Counted from the stretch's first letter, positions 9,557-20,987 are shown. The stretch: DNA of 64,000 nt from Saprospiraceae bacterium (GCA_016717145.1 JADKGD010000074.1:39690-103689); one strand, 5' to 3'. The notes: generated from the letters alone by a model not told the origin. Made by a program: numbers and translations.

Positions 9557-10894
9557 ATGAAGTTTTCGAAACAACCTTACTTTCTTTTACCAATATATGT
9601 AATTACAGTTTTATGGATGTCAATAACATTTGGACAAAAGGATTTTGCTGGCCTTTTCCCTTGTTATTCACTAGTATTTGGGGCTTATTTACTAATAATC
9701 TTTAAGTCAAAAATAAGCTTAAAATATCAAATATTACTTGGCATCCTTGTCAGGATTAGTTTAATCCCGGTTTTTCCAAATTTATCAGATGACATTTACC
9801 GATTTTTTTGGGATGGCAGCCTAACTGTAAATGGCATAAATCCCTACGGCATTTTACCAAGTGAAATAGTAGGTCAAAATATTCCAGGATTAACCAATGA
9901 AATATTCCTTAAACTCAATTCTAAGGAGTATTTCACCATATATCCGCCACTAAGTCAGTTGTATTATTCTATCAGTGCACTAACCGGAAATCTTTTGTAC
10001 ACAGCTGTGGCAATGAAATCACTTTTCCTCTTTACGGAGATTATAGGGTTATGGTATATGGTTAAATTATTGACATTGCTAAAAATAGAACAACGATGGT
10101 CGATGCTTTATTTTATCAATCCGCTTGTAATACTGGAAGGAGCGGGTAACTTACACTTTGAAGTGGTAATGATTGCCATACTAAACATTTCAATTTATTA
10201 TATTTTTACAAAAAAAATAATTCATGGGGCATTATTTATGGCTGCGGGTATTGGTATTAAGCTATTGCCATTAATGATTTTACCTTATTTTTGGTATAGG
10301 TTAAAGGGAAAAGAATGGGTTATATTTTTTAGCGTTCTTGGTACATCACTGATCATCATTTTTATACCCGTTGCGGGCGGAGTGCAGATATCATCCTTCC
10401 TTAATAGTGTGGATTTATATTTCAGAAAATTTGAATTTAATGCAAGCTTATATTACATGCTGAGGTATATAGGCGCACAGATCAGTGGTTATAATCTGAT
10501 TAAATATATTGGCCCGTTACTGGCTTTGATCACCATATTATTCAATATTTATAAGTCTAAGGAAAAACATACCTTTTATCTTCATGATTTTTTACAATAC
10601 AGTCTGACAGTATGGACCATTTACTTAGTCTTTGCGACTACAATTCATCCATGGTACATCACCACCCTAATCTTTTTTACAGTGTTTGATAACAGAAAAT
10701 ATGCCATAGCATGGTCATATTTAATTTTTATGACATACATAAATTACAGTTATAAAGGATATTATGAAAATCTTTGGATAGTATTTGTAGAATATTTGGT
10801 TTTAATAATTTTTATAACATTTGACATAAAAACATGTAAACGCCTTACTTTAAAGGATAATTTTGTAAAATTTACTTTATTAAAACAAATATGA
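9557..10894 (+). CDS. Polytopic membrane protein, GT-C fold glycosyltransferase-like (DUF2029/GT87-like)
   Basis: More than 10 predicted TM helices. The first-loop motif LSDDIYRFFWDGSLTVNGINPY resembles the D-containing loop of GT87/PimE-like mannosyltransferases. ATG at 9557 chosen (MKFSKQPYF). Confidence 0.5.
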   Translation: MKFSKQPYFLLPIYVITVLWMSITFGQKDFAGLFPCYSLVFGAYLLIIFKSKISLKYQILLGILVRISLIPVFPNLSDDIYRFFWDGSLTVNGINPYGILPSEIVGQNIPGLTNEIFLKLNSKEYFTIYPPLSQLYYSISALTGNLLYTAVAMKSLFLFTEIIGLWYMVKLLTLLKIEQRWSMLYFINPLVILEGAGNLHFEVVMIAILNISIYYIFTKKIIHGALFMAAGIGIKLLPLMILPYFWYRLKGKEWVIFFSVLGTSLIIIFIPVAGGVQISSFLNSVDLYFRKFEFNASLYYMLRYIGAQISGYNLIKYIGPLLALITILFNIYKSKEKHTFYLHDFLQYSLTVWTIYLVFATTIHPWYITTLIFFTVFDNRKYAIAWSYLIFMTYINYSYKGYYENLWIVFVEYLVLIIFITFDIKTCKRLTLKDNFVKFTLLKQI

Positions 10895-11102
10895 AATTAA
10901 ACAGATGTGAAGATTTATTAACTTAAATACCTATTGTCAACTAAATAGGACCCTTCTTTTACGTGAAACGCAGCCGCCGATCTTAATGAAAATTATAATT
11001 ATAATCTGCCAAAAAATGCCATATGACCACTCAATGTGCCAAAATGACAATATATTTCTATTGGTATAGTTTTGGAGATAGTCATTACATTAAAATATTT
11101 AA

Positions 11103-11110
11103 TATCTTTG
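11103..11110 (+). promoter_or_regulatory. Candidate -7 box (TAnnTTTG) upstream of secA
   Basis: TATCTTTG lies 56 nt upstream of the secA ATG. No well-spaced -33 element was seen. Confidence 0.3.
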
Positions 11111-11165
11111 CACACGCGTTATATTAGCATCTGTGTTTAAGTATACCCTGATAAAAATAAATTCA

Positions 11166-14100
11166 ATGTTCAATTTTATAAAAAATATATTTGGCTCTAA
11201 ATATGATCGCGATGTGAAAGGATATTCAGAGGTCGTAGCCAGGATTAATCAATATTATGATGAATATCAGTCACTTACAAATGATCAATTACGAAATAAA
11301 ACCCTTGAATTCAGAGAAAGAATTAAAGAAAGTTTAAAAGATATTGATAGTGATATTCAAGCGCTGAATGAGAAAGCGAATGCTGAGCCTGATTTCATAC
11401 AAAAGGAAGTTTTCTATAATGAAATTGACGCTATTAAAAAAGAAAGGAATAAGTATCTGGAAGATGCACTAAAATTAATTTTACCGGAAGCATTTGCTGT
11501 TGTAAAAGAAACATCAAGAAGATTTAAAGATAATACGGAGCTTCAGGTTACCGCCACAGATCATGACAGGCTTCTGTCGGTAAATAAAGAATATGTCAGT
11601 ATACAGGGTGAAAAGGCTATTTGGAAAAATAGCTGGAAAGCTGCAGGCGGCGATGTAACCTGGAATATGCTTCATTACGATGTCCAACTCATAGGAGGCA
11701 TCGTACTCCATGAAGGTAAGATAGCTGAGATGGCTACCGGCGAAGGTAAAACTTTTTGTAGCTACCCTACCTGCCTACTTAAATGGATTATCCGGAGAAG
11801 GCGTACATGTTATTACAGTAAATGATTATTTAGCAAAAAGAGATAGTGAATGGATAGGACCTATATTCCAATTCCTATTGCTGACAATCGATTGTATAGA
11901 TAAATACAAACCTCATTCTCCGGAAAGGATTGCTGCATATAGATGTGACATTACCTATGGTACAAATAATGAATTTGGTTTCGATTATCTTAGAGACAAT
12001 ATGATACGTGATGTTGATGAATTAGTGCAACGAAAACATCATTATGCTATGGTTGATGAAGTTGATTCAGTATTGATAGATGATGCCAGAACACCACTTA
12101 TCATTTCAGGTCCTGTTCCACAGGGTCTTGACGAACAGGAATATATTGAATTAAACCCAAAAATAGAAAGGTTATTTAATGAACAACGAAAACTAGCTAC
12201 AGACTTTTTAACGGAAGCTAAAAAATATATAAAGGAAGGTAATACAGGCGTGAATGAAGGTGAAGGTGGATTGTCACTTTTCAGAGCCTACAGGGCTTTA
12301 CCAAAGTATCGTCCACTTATAAAATACTTAAGTGAAGATGGCATAAAAGTGATCCTCCAGAAAACAGAGAATTACTATATGCAGGAGCAGAGTAAAAACA
12401 TGAATCAAGCTGATATTCCTTTGTTTTTTAATATTGATGAAAAAAACAGATCTGTCGAACTCACTGAAAAAGGGGTTGAATATTTGTCAAAAGGGGAAAA
12501 CGATCCTAATTTGTTTGTACTGCCTGACATAACAAAGGAAATTCAGGAATTAACCAGCAGGGAGACAAAAGAAGGTATTAAACTTACAGATGAAAAGGAG
12601 ACACTTATCCAGGAATATTCTGTTAAATCCAGAAGACTACATGCTACAAGTCAGCTTTTAAAAGCATATACCCTATTTGATAAGGATCAGGAATACGTAG
12701 TCATTGATGAACAAGTAAAAATCGTCGATGAGCAGACTGGACGTATGATGGAGGGAAGAAGGTATTCTGATGGCCTACATCAGGCGCTGGAAGCAAAGGA
12801 AGGCGTTAAAGTTGGGGATATTACTCAGACTTATGCCACGGTAACCCTTCAGAATTATTTTAGAATGTATCATAAACTATGCGGAATGACAGGTACCGCT
12901 GAAACAGAAGCTAGTGAATTGTGGCAAATTTACAAATTAGATGTTGTAGTCATTCCAACAAACAGACCAATCGTAAGAGAAGACAGAGATGACCTGGTTT
13001 ATAAAACTGCCAGAGAAAAATTTAATGCAGTTATTGATGATATAGGCAAATTGACTGCCATTGGACGACCAGTGCTAGTTGGTACTACGTCTGTGGAAAT
13101 CTCAGAATTATTGAGCAGGATGCTAAACTTAAGAGGAATTAAACATAATGTACTGAATGCAAAACAACATCAAAGAGAAGCTGAAATAGTGGCAGAAGCA
13201 GGTCATGCAGGAAATGTTACTATTGCAACTAATATGGCGGGAAGGGGCACAGATATAAAGATTAATGACCTTGTAAAAAAGGCGGGCGGATTGGCTATTG
13301 TTGCTACAGAACGCCATGATTCTAGAAGGGTTGACAGACAGCTAAGAGGCCGGGCAGGAAGACAGGGAGACCCAGGATCGTCTCAGTTTTATGTTTCATT
13401 GGAAGATAATTTAATGCGTCTTTTTCAATCAGAAAGAATTGCAGGTATTATGGATAAAATGGGCCATAAAGACGGTGAAGTCATCCAACACAGCATGGTT
13501 TCTAAATCAATAGAAAGGGCGCAAAAAAAAGTAGAAGAAAATAATTTTGGTATTCGAAAGCGATTATTGGACTACGATGATGTGATGAACATTCAGCGAG
13601 AAGCGATTTATAAAAAACGAAATAACGCTTTGCATGGTGATAGATTAACCGTTGATCTCCACAATATGTTTGAAGGTTCTGTGGAAAACATAGTTGTCTC
13701 AGCAAAAAAAAGAGGTGACTATGAGGGTTATAGATATGATTGCCTGACTTCTTTAAGCATAGACGCACAAATTGATGAAGACACGTTTAAAAATATGTCG
13801 GTAGATAATCTGATTGATCAGACCCTTGATGCTGTAATGCAGCATTATACTTATAAATCAGACCAGATCAAACAGGTATTAATGCCTACCATTGAGAAAG
13901 TGTATGAAAATGAGGGCCACAGATATAAACGTATTGCGGTGCCATTTACCGATGGACGGAGCAATCCTTTGCCAATTGCGTGTGACCTAAAGAATGCAAT
14001 AGACACAAAAGGTGGAATGATCATGCGTGACATTGAAAAGACGATAACACTTGCTATCATTGACGATCATTGGAAAGAGCACCTTAGAAACATGGATGAA

Positions 14101-14460
14101 TTAAAAGATTCTGTTCAGGCAGCATCCTTCGAACAAAAAGATCCATTGGTAAAATATAAGATAGAGGCATACAATTTATTTGAAGAATTGATTAATAAAA
14201 TAAATCATGATGTCAGTGCTTATCTTTTCAATGGCAAGTTATTGATTCAGCAGGAAGTTCGGGAAGCAAGGGTTCAGAAAACAGATTTGACAAAGGTAAG
14301 GACAAGTCGTGAAGATGAGGCAATACGTGAAGCCGCAGAAGGTGTATCAAAAAAAGTTGATAAACCTGAAACTTTCAAAAGAATTGAAGAAAAAGTAGGA
14401 AGGAACGATCTTTGTCCTTGCGGAAGCGGAAAGAAATTCAAACATTGTCACGGAAAATAA
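11166..14460 (+). CDS. secA: Preprotein translocase ATPase SecA (one frameshift)
   Basis: [18 protein letters not shown]..., MATGEGKT (Walker A), [10 protein letters not shown], and the C-terminal zinc motif [15 protein letters not shown]. The two ORFs (11133-11825 and 11878-14460) are joined by removing one T from the T5 run at 11753-11757. Confidence 0.97.
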
Positions 14461-14516
14461 AAATATTAAACCAAATTTCCTAAGTCATAAATTTGTTTTA
14501 AAATCCAATTGGTTTT

Positions 14517-15563
14517 ATGGGCTCAGATTCATTTCATCCGGATATGAAATACATGGAAAGATGTTTTGAACTGGCTGTAAAGGGCGGAAAGTACACAAAA
14601 TCAAATCCTCTTGTTGGCTGTGTAATCGTATATAATAGTAGAATAATTGGTGAAGGTTATCATGAACGATATGGTGGTAAGCACGCTGAAATAAATGCTT
14701 TGGAAAATGTACCTCCTGAGCTTAGACATCTCATAGCAAAGTCTACACTTTATGTAAGTTTAGAGCCTTGTTGCCATTTGGGAAAAACACCACCGTGTGC
14801 ACAAAAAATTATTGATGTTGGTATAAAAAAAGTAGTGATAGGTTGCTCTGACCCAAACCCTATTGTGAACGGCAAAGGAATTCAATATTTAAAACTTGCA
14901 GGGCTTCATGTTGTTAATCCATTTTGTGAAGAAAGAGCACTTGAAATAATTTCAAAGTTTAGAAGAAATCTCTCTAAACTTCCTTATGTCATTTTAAAAT
15001 GGGCAGTTTCTTCAGATCATTTTATAGGTAAAAAAGGCGAAAAAATATGGCTTTCTGATCCGGCAACCAGTGTATTGACACACAAATGGCGTACCGAAGT
15101 CGATGGCATCATGGTAGGAAAAACTACAGCCCTCGTAGACAATCCTGAATTAACAGCCAGATTTTATAAAGGTGAAAATCCTGTTAGAGTTATTCTGGAT
15201 GGTAATTTAACATTGCCACAAGATCTCGTTATATATAAAGATAACTGGCCCACATGGACAATTAATTTACTTGAAGATACACAAAATGTTGACAAAATAA
15301 AAATCAAGCTACCTCAAATGGATGATTTGAAATCAATTCTCGAAAGCTTATACCTCAGAGGTCTCCACTCAATTATCATAGAAGGGGGAGCAACTTTGCT
15401 CCAAAATTTTATTGACCTGAATCTTTGGAATGAAGCAAGAATCATTCAAACCACAAAAATACTTCATCAAGGAATTAAAGGACCACAGTTGACTGGTAAA
15501 TTAATAAAAACCTGTGAGAGTGCTAGTGACAAAATTCTATTTATAAATAATCCTACTTATTAA
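14517..15563 (+). CDS. ribD: Bifunctional riboflavin biosynthesis deaminase/reductase RibD
   Basis: Deaminase motif HAEINAL...SLEPCCHLGKTPPC, plus the C-terminal RibD reductase domain. The start could also be the ATG at 14544. Confidence 0.92.
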   Translation: MGSDSFHPDMKYMERCFELAVKGGKYTKSNPLVGCVIVYNSRIIGEGYHERYGGKHAEINALENVPPELRHLIAKSTLYVSLEPCCHLGKTPPCAQKIIDVGIKKVVIGCSDPNPIVNGKGIQYLKLAGLHVVNPFCEERALEIISKFRRNLSKLPYVILKWAVSSDHFIGKKGEKIWLSDPATSVLTHKWRTEVDGIMVGKTTALVDNPELTARFYKGENPVRVILDGNLTLPQDLVIYKDNWPTWTINLLEDTQNVDKIKIKLPQMDDLKSILESLYLRGLHSIIIEGGATLLQNFIDLNLWNEARIIQTTKILHQGIKGPQLTGKLIKTCESASDKILFINNPTY

Positions 15564-15572
15564 TTCCAATTT

Positions 15573-16196
15573 ATGACAAGGAATGAAAGAGCAAAATTTA
15601 TCATCGAAAAATTGGGAACTTTATATCCAACGACACCAATTCCACTTGACCATTCTGACGCCTATACATTATTAATTTCTGTATTGCTTTCTGCGCAATG
15701 CACTGATGTCCGCGTAAATCAGGTTACTCCGCGACTGTTTGCAATGGCCGACAATCCGTTTGATATGGCTAAACTGGATGTAGATGTCATAAAGGATATA
15801 ATCCGCCCTTGTGGCTTATCCCCTCGCAAATCTAAGGCTATTTCTGATTTATCTAAAATATTAATTGAGCAACACTCAGGAAAAGTACCCGATAACTTTA
15901 TTGATCTTGAAGCATTGCCGGGTGTGGGTCACAAAACAGCTTCTGTAGTTATGGCTCAGGCTTTTGGTGTTGCAGCTTTTCCTGTAGATACACACATTCA
16001 TAGACTTGCTTATCGTTGGTGTTTGAGTAATGGTAAAAATGTTGAAAAAACAGAATCAGACCTAAAGAAAATATTTCCTAAGTCAATATGGAATAAGCTG
16101 CACTTACAGATCATTTTTTTTGGTAGAGAATATTGTCCTGCAAGAGGTCACTCATCACAAATTTGTCCCATCTGTTCTAATATTGGGAGGAAATAA
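15573..16196 (+). CDS. nth: Endonuclease III
   Basis: HhH-GPD motif LPGVGHKTASVV and the C-terminal 4Fe-4S cluster CPARGHSSQICPIC. Confidence 0.93.
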   Translation: MTRNERAKFIIEKLGTLYPTTPIPLDHSDAYTLLISVLLSAQCTDVRVNQVTPRLFAMADNPFDMAKLDVDVIKDIIRPCGLSPRKSKAISDLSKILIEQHSGKVPDNFIDLEALPGVGHKTASVVMAQAFGVAAFPVDTHIHRLAYRWCLSNGKNVEKTESDLKKIFPKSIWNKLHLQIIFFGREYCPARGHSSQICPICSNIGRK

Positions 16197-16250
16197 AAAA
16201 GCGCCAAAAAATAATCTTCTCCGACGCTTTTTATTATTTAAGTTGTCAAT

Positions 16251-19200
16251 CTATCTGGTTATAACAATCTGCTTTGATGCCACTCCATTCCTATTGGATA
16301 CTTTAAGGAAATATGTAGCTGGCGGTAAATTAGTTACATCAATCTCTGTATCGATTACACCAGTATGCTGGATTATTTGATTGAATATTTGTCTTCCAAA
16401 CATATCTGAAAGAACAATTTTGTGTTCACCCGTCAAAGGCTCTTTTATAAATATTCTAAATAATCCTTGATTTGGGTTTGGAGAAATAAAAAGATTTCTT
16501 TCAAGTTCCGCATCAACAACAGCCGACCCAATAATTGAAAACGTTTTTGATGTGCTATCTTGCCCACAAATATTTTCTGATACCAATTTAACGGTATATG
16601 TACCTGTATTAGCATAGTTATGTGTAGGATTAAGATCTGTGCTTACAATATTGTCTCCAAAATACCATTTAACAGAAGATGTACTTAATCCTTTAAATTC
16701 AAAATTTACAATGCTGGAAGCCAGTGTGTAATCAAATGCTGCAGAAGGTTTACTACCGACTGCAATATTAGAAATCAAAGTATCATTACCTAAATTATTA
16801 TATGTGATTAACTTTACTGCATATATTCCCGGAGACTGATAGGTCACATTTGGATTAACCTCATTGGATGTGGCAGGGCTACCTCCAGTAAAATCCCAAC
16901 TATAACTTGTTCCGTTTAAAGATTGGTTGGTAAATAAAACCGAAGCATCTTCGCAAATTGTTCCACCCAAATTTGCAGCAAATGCTGATTCCGGGAAAGC
17001 ACTTATTGTTAAGTTAAAAATATTGGAGGTTGATTGGCCACATTGATTAATGTTAGTTTGAGTCATGCTGAAAATGCCGTTTTGGTCAGCTGTGAATATT
17101 GCAGGGCTCCCGGAAATCTGGGTATTTCTACCTGGCCCAATAAGACTCCAATTTGTAATATTAGCTCCCATACCTATGTTCGTAAGCGTAATTTGGTTGC
17201 TGTCTACAACAAAATCAAATCCAGTATCAGGAACAGTATTAATTGTGATATAATCCATCAAACTTGAAGTATTTTGTCCGGCAACATTTGAAACAGTCAG
17301 ACTAACATTAAAAACTCCTGTGTTTTCGTATGTAACTACAGGATTTCTTTCCGTTGAAGTAGAAGGTGTGCCTCCCTCAAAAGCCCATAGCCAAGATGTA
17401 ACTGATGGTGATGATTCACTCGTAAAAATTACATCAACAGGATTGCAGCCAGATGAAATATTTGAACTGAATGAAGCAGTAGGCAATAACTGAACCAATA
17501 TATTTTGGGTATAGTCTACTATACCACAACCATTATTAGCGGTCAATGTAACGGCATAGTTTCCTTCTGAATTGTAGTTATTGATCGGATTTAATTGAAT
17601 ACTGGTCTGACCATCACCAAAATTCCATGAAGGATTGATTCCATTTACGATCTGACTGGCAAAATTTACAGAAAGCCCATCACCAATATATGAAAACAAA
17701 ACTTCCGGTAGCGTATTTACAGTTATTAGATTTGTACTGTTTAAGGTATCGGAACCGTTGACGTTTGTAACGATTAGTTGGACATCAAAAACGCCACCAT
17801 TAACATAAGAAACAACTGGATTTGCTTCAGTTGATGTGGAAGGTGTTCCGCCTTCAAATGTCCATAAGAAAGTGGCTGGATTATAAGTAGTTGTACTTTG
17901 GAATGATAAGGTTTGATTGGCACACAAGGAGGTGTTTGTCGATGGTAAAAAAGATGCAATAGGGGCCAATGCAACAGTTATCTGTTGTGTTGAAGAGATT
18001 GTCCCGCAATTATTTGTTGCACTTAATGTAATGGTGTACACGCCATTACTGGAATAAGTATGTCTAGGATTTGTTGATGTACTTGTTTCTCCGTCTCCAA
18101 AATTCCAAAGATACGAAGTAGCATATTGTGAGTTGTTTGTTGTGGTAATTGAAGCACCATTTTGAACCGAAACAAATGCTGAAATAGCCTGCAGTTGGAC
18201 CGTTATATAGTTGGTTTTTAATTCCGTGTCATTCCCAATATTATTTATTGCTTTTAATGAAACATTATAACTACTGTTGGAATTATACACAACAGTTGGG
18301 TTTGGCAAAGTTGATGTAGACGGGCTTCCTCCAGGAAATGTCCATAAAAATGATGTTGCATTAGAGGTTGATTGATTTACAAACGAAACGGTTAGTGGCT
18401 GACAGCCAGCAACAATGTTGGAGTTGAAATTGGCAACAGGAGCAGTTGCGATGGTAAGTGTAACAGAATAATCGACAGCAAAACATGAATTTGATGCAGT
18501 TAATGTAACAGTATATGACCCATCCTGTAAGTAGGTATGTGATGGGTTAAAACCATTAACACTGTTACCGTCTCCAAATTCCCAAAACAGATCAGTCGCG
18601 TTATTATTTCCAGTAAAAATAAAGTCGACAGTTGACCCGTTAATAAAATAATCAAAACTAGCTGTTGGGTTACCGATGACAGTAATAACATTTGACACAG
18701 AAAAACTATTACTGCCAAGATTATTTGTTGCGACTAATGTAGCACCATAAGTTCCCTGCGTGTTATAGTTAATTATCGGGTTTTGAGCCGTCGATGTTGA
18801 AGGGCTACCTCCCGGGAAGGTCCATACCCGTGATGCAGCATTCGTAGAAAGATCAAAATATTGTACCTGACCAGGCAAACATTCATTGAGTATAGTAAAA
18901 TTAAAGTCCGCAGAAGGCACAGTTCCTCCTGCACAATTATCCAAACACGAAGCACTTAGATATTCTGTCTGAATGGCACTTATTGAAGATGATGACCATG
19001 TATTTGTAATATTGACTGATGGAGCCATTATAAAACCACTTCCAGCTCCATCATGTGATGCATTAAAATTATGGCCAATTTCATGCGCTACCATTACTCT
19101 AAGCGCAGGTGCATTACCAGTAAAATCCTGTAATACATGATATTTACTTGAAGTACATAAAACGCCTAGCCATGCAACCCCAACTACTCCGGAATCCATA

Positions 19201-20111
19201 TTACGGTTAGTCCAGAGACCTGCCAGATCATGAAAAGTAGTAAAACCTGATTGTGCCCAATTTGTAAATGAATTTAACAAAGTACTGGAATTAGTACTAG
19301 CCGTCCATGGATCACAAGTCGCACAAGCTACAATGAATTGCTGCATCATCACAAATTGGATCTCGTCTGCAAATTCATTGTCATAATTCGTTTGCACATC
19401 ATTCAAAACACCAATATTATGATTTTCAACTCCCGTGATACTGCCGTATTTGACCCTCATTGACCAATCTGAAGCAGTATTATATTTTATTTCAAAACAT
19501 TGACCAGGCATTCTATTTCCTGTCTTATTTTTAGAATTTTCTTTTACTCTTTTTAATTCATTTGCATCAACTTCGTAGCCACACTTATATAGTTCTGTTT
19601 TCAAAACATCCTTTACACTGTATAAAACAAAAGCGTCAAAGGTCTTTTGTGCTGAGAGGTGATGTACAGGTTCAATGTAGTATTCATCAAATCCAATTCT
19701 AATAAAACCATAAACAAAATTTTCATTAAATGTTAGTGCTACTTCACTATTCATTATACCATTGACTTTACCAATCATTGGAATGGCAGATGAACCTTTT
19801 CTGAATTTTTGCCCGTCTGATTCAGCAATGACTACATTATAGTTGGGGCTGATAATTTTAGATGATCTCAGATTAAGATCCCATTCAGCCCCATTATTTA
19901 ATTTTATTATAAAATGACTTAAATCTGATCCACTTTTGATGTTGTTGTAAATGCTCTTGGAGTCAAGATGCAATAATTGATATTCTTTAAATTTCTGATT
20001 CAACTCAGGATACAACTGATTACTTTGTGAGCTTATGCCACCTGCAAGAGACATTACCATCACAACCAATATTACTTTGGATACAACGGAATTAATACAT
20101 TCTGAAAACAT
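16251..20111 (-). CDS. Secreted reprolysin-like (M12B-type metzincin) zinc metalloprotease with about nine PKD-like repeats and a T9SS C-terminal sorting domain
   Basis: Signal peptide. Zinc site VAHEIGHNFNASHD. Repeated W(T/A)F(P/E)GG(S/T)PSTS... and FGDG..S....P.H.Y...G.Y.VTL PKD signatures. The C-terminus ISPNPNQGLFRIFI...LSDMFGRQIF...LPPATYFLKV is typical of T9SS CTDs. Confidence 0.85.
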   Translation of the reverse strand: MFSECINSVVSKVILVVMVMSLAGGISSQSNQLYPELNQKFKEYQLLHLDSKSIYNNIKSGSDLSHFIIKLNNGAEWDLNLRSSKIISPNYNVVIAESDGQKFRKGSSAIPMIGKVNGIMNSEVALTFNENFVYGFIRIGFDEYYIEPVHHLSAQKTFDAFVLYSVKDVLKTELYKCGYEVDANELKRVKENSKNKTGNRMPGQCFEIKYNTASDWSMRVKYGSITGVENHNIGVLNDVQTNYDNEFADEIQFVMMQQFIVACATCDPWTASTNSSTLLNSFTNWAQSGFTTFHDLAGLWTNRNMDSGVVGVAWLGVLCTSSKYHVLQDFTGNAPALRVMVAHEIGHNFNASHDGAGSGFIMAPSVNITNTWSSSSISAIQTEYLSASCLDNCAGGTVPSADFNFTILNECLPGQVQYFDLSTNAASRVWTFPGGSPSTSTAQNPIINYNTQGTYGATLVATNNLGSNSFSVSNVITVIGNPTASFDYFINGSTVDFIFTGNNNATDLFWEFGDGNSVNGFNPSHTYLQDGSYTVTLTASNSCFAVDYSVTLTIATAPVANFNSNIVAGCQPLTVSFVNQSTSNATSFLWTFPGGSPSTSTLPNPTVVYNSNSSYNVSLKAINNIGNDTELKTNYITVQLQAISAFVSVQNGASITTTNNSQYATSYLWNFGDGETSTSTNPRHTYSSNGVYTITLSATNNCGTISSTQQITVALAPIASFLPSTNTSLCANQTLSFQSTTTYNPATFLWTFEGGTPSTSTEANPVVSYVNGGVFDVQLIVTNVNGSDTLNSTNLITVNTLPEVLFSYIGDGLSVNFASQIVNGINPSWNFGDGQTSIQLNPINNYNSEGNYAVTLTANNGCGIVDYTQNILVQLLPTASFSSNISSGCNPVDVIFTSESSPSVTSWLWAFEGGTPSTSTERNPVVTYENTGVFNVSLTVSNVAGQNTSSLMDYITINTVPDTGFDFVVDSNQITLTNIGMGANITNWSLIGPGRNTQISGSPAIFTADQNGIFSMTQTNINQCGQSTSNIFNLTISAFPESAFAANLGGTICEDASVLFTNQSLNGTSYSWDFTGGSPATSNEVNPNVTYQSPGIYAVKLITYNNLGNDTLISNIAVGSKPSAAFDYTLASSIVNFEFKGLSTSSVKWYFGDNIVSTDLNPTHNYANTGTYTVKLVSENICGQDSTSKTFSIIGSAVVDAELERNLFISPNPNQGLFRIFIKEPLTGEHKIVLSDMFGRQIFNQIIQHTGVIDTEIDVTNLPPATYFLKVSNRNGVASKQIVITR

Positions 20112-20255
20112 TAAAATAACTTTTTAAATTTAATAAATATGTATACTAATTTACATACTCAGGGAGAGAGACCACAAAGAAAATTATTTTTTTTCATATA
20201 GCGAAATATATGGCGAATAAATCAAGGATTTAGGTCTTTATAATTCATAAAAGAC

Positions 20256-20987
20256 TCATTTTTTCAAGTCTGCCACCCTTCTTACTACTTCCGAAGCCAT
20301 GGTAAGACCAAACAAAGCAGGCATATAAGATATAGTTCCATAAAACGATTTTTTATAGTTTTTACCATCCGTCAGTTTCAGAGCTGTTTTTTGTTGAATT
20401 TCATCAGAAAACACAGAAATAATGCCTCTTTTTATTCCTTCCTTTTTTAATCGCTTTCTTAAACTTTGAGCAAATTTGCATTCTTTTGTTGTCGAAATAT
20501 CTCCTATTTTAATCTTGGAAGGATCTAATTTGCCTCCAGCCCCCATTGAACTAATTATTTTAGATTTAGTTTTTTTCGCCATAGCCAATAACATTAATTT
20601 AGGCGTCATACTATCAATACAATCCAAAACAAAATCAAAATTATTTGATGTGATCAAATGCTCCATATCCTCTGGCTCCATAAACTTCTCATATGTTGTA
20701 ATGGATATTGCAGGATTAATGTCCAAAAATCTATCTTTTAACAGATTAACTTTTGATTGACCTATAGTGGAATGTAAGGCCTGTAGCTGACGATTAATAT
20801 TTGTACCATCTACTAGGTCCCCATCAATAATCGTAATGTTACCTACGCCCGCGCGAACTAAAAATTCACCGGCAAAACTTCCTACGCCTCCTAGTCCAAC
20901 GAGCAATAAATTTGAGTTCTGAAGTTTAATGATGCTATCTTTGCCGATCAAGAGTTCGGTTCTTTCCAGCCATGGTGGTATTTCCAT
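20256..20987 (-). CDS. tcdA: tRNA threonylcarbamoyladenosine dehydratase (ThiF/E1-like)
   Basis: LLLVGLGGVGSFAGEFLVRAGVGNITIIDGDLVDGTNINRQL matches the TcdA/CsdL family. Confidence 0.85.
   Translation of the reverse strand: MEIPPWLERTELLIGKDSIIKLQNSNLLLVGLGGVGSFAGEFLVRAGVGNITIIDGDLVDGTNINRQLQALHSTIGQSKVNLLKDRFLDINPAISITTYEKFMEPEDMEHLITSNNFDFVLDCIDSMTPKLMLLAMAKKTKSKIISSMGAGGKLDPSKIKIGDISTTKECKFAQSLRKRLKKEGIKRGIISVFSDEIQQKTALKLTDGKNYKKSFYGTISYMPALFGLTMASEVVRRVADLKK

Noticed and set aside
11133-14460. secA as a genuine split gene or pseudogene
   Set aside because: A single extra T in the T5 run at 11753-11757 accounts for the break, and both parts are otherwise perfectly conserved. secA is essential. 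I treat it as a sequencing or consensus error.
17034-18955. Several 60-77-aa ORFs on both strands within 17034-18955
   Set aside because: They are all embedded in, or antisense to, the long well-supported protease ORF. Their composition is low-complexity and they have no independent signals.
16251-20111. Periodic DNA repeats inside the large protease gene as a possible CRISPR or non-coding tandem array
   Set aside because: The periodicity corresponds to in-frame PKD-like protein modules that diverge at the DNA level. There are no short identical direct repeats with unique spacers.
20948-20987. 40-nt overlap between the tatD 3' end and the tcdA 5' end as a regulatory feature
   Set aside because: This is plausibly just a slightly extended TatD tail or tight packing. 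Nothing in the sequence suggests frameshifting or coupling beyond ordinary operon overlap.
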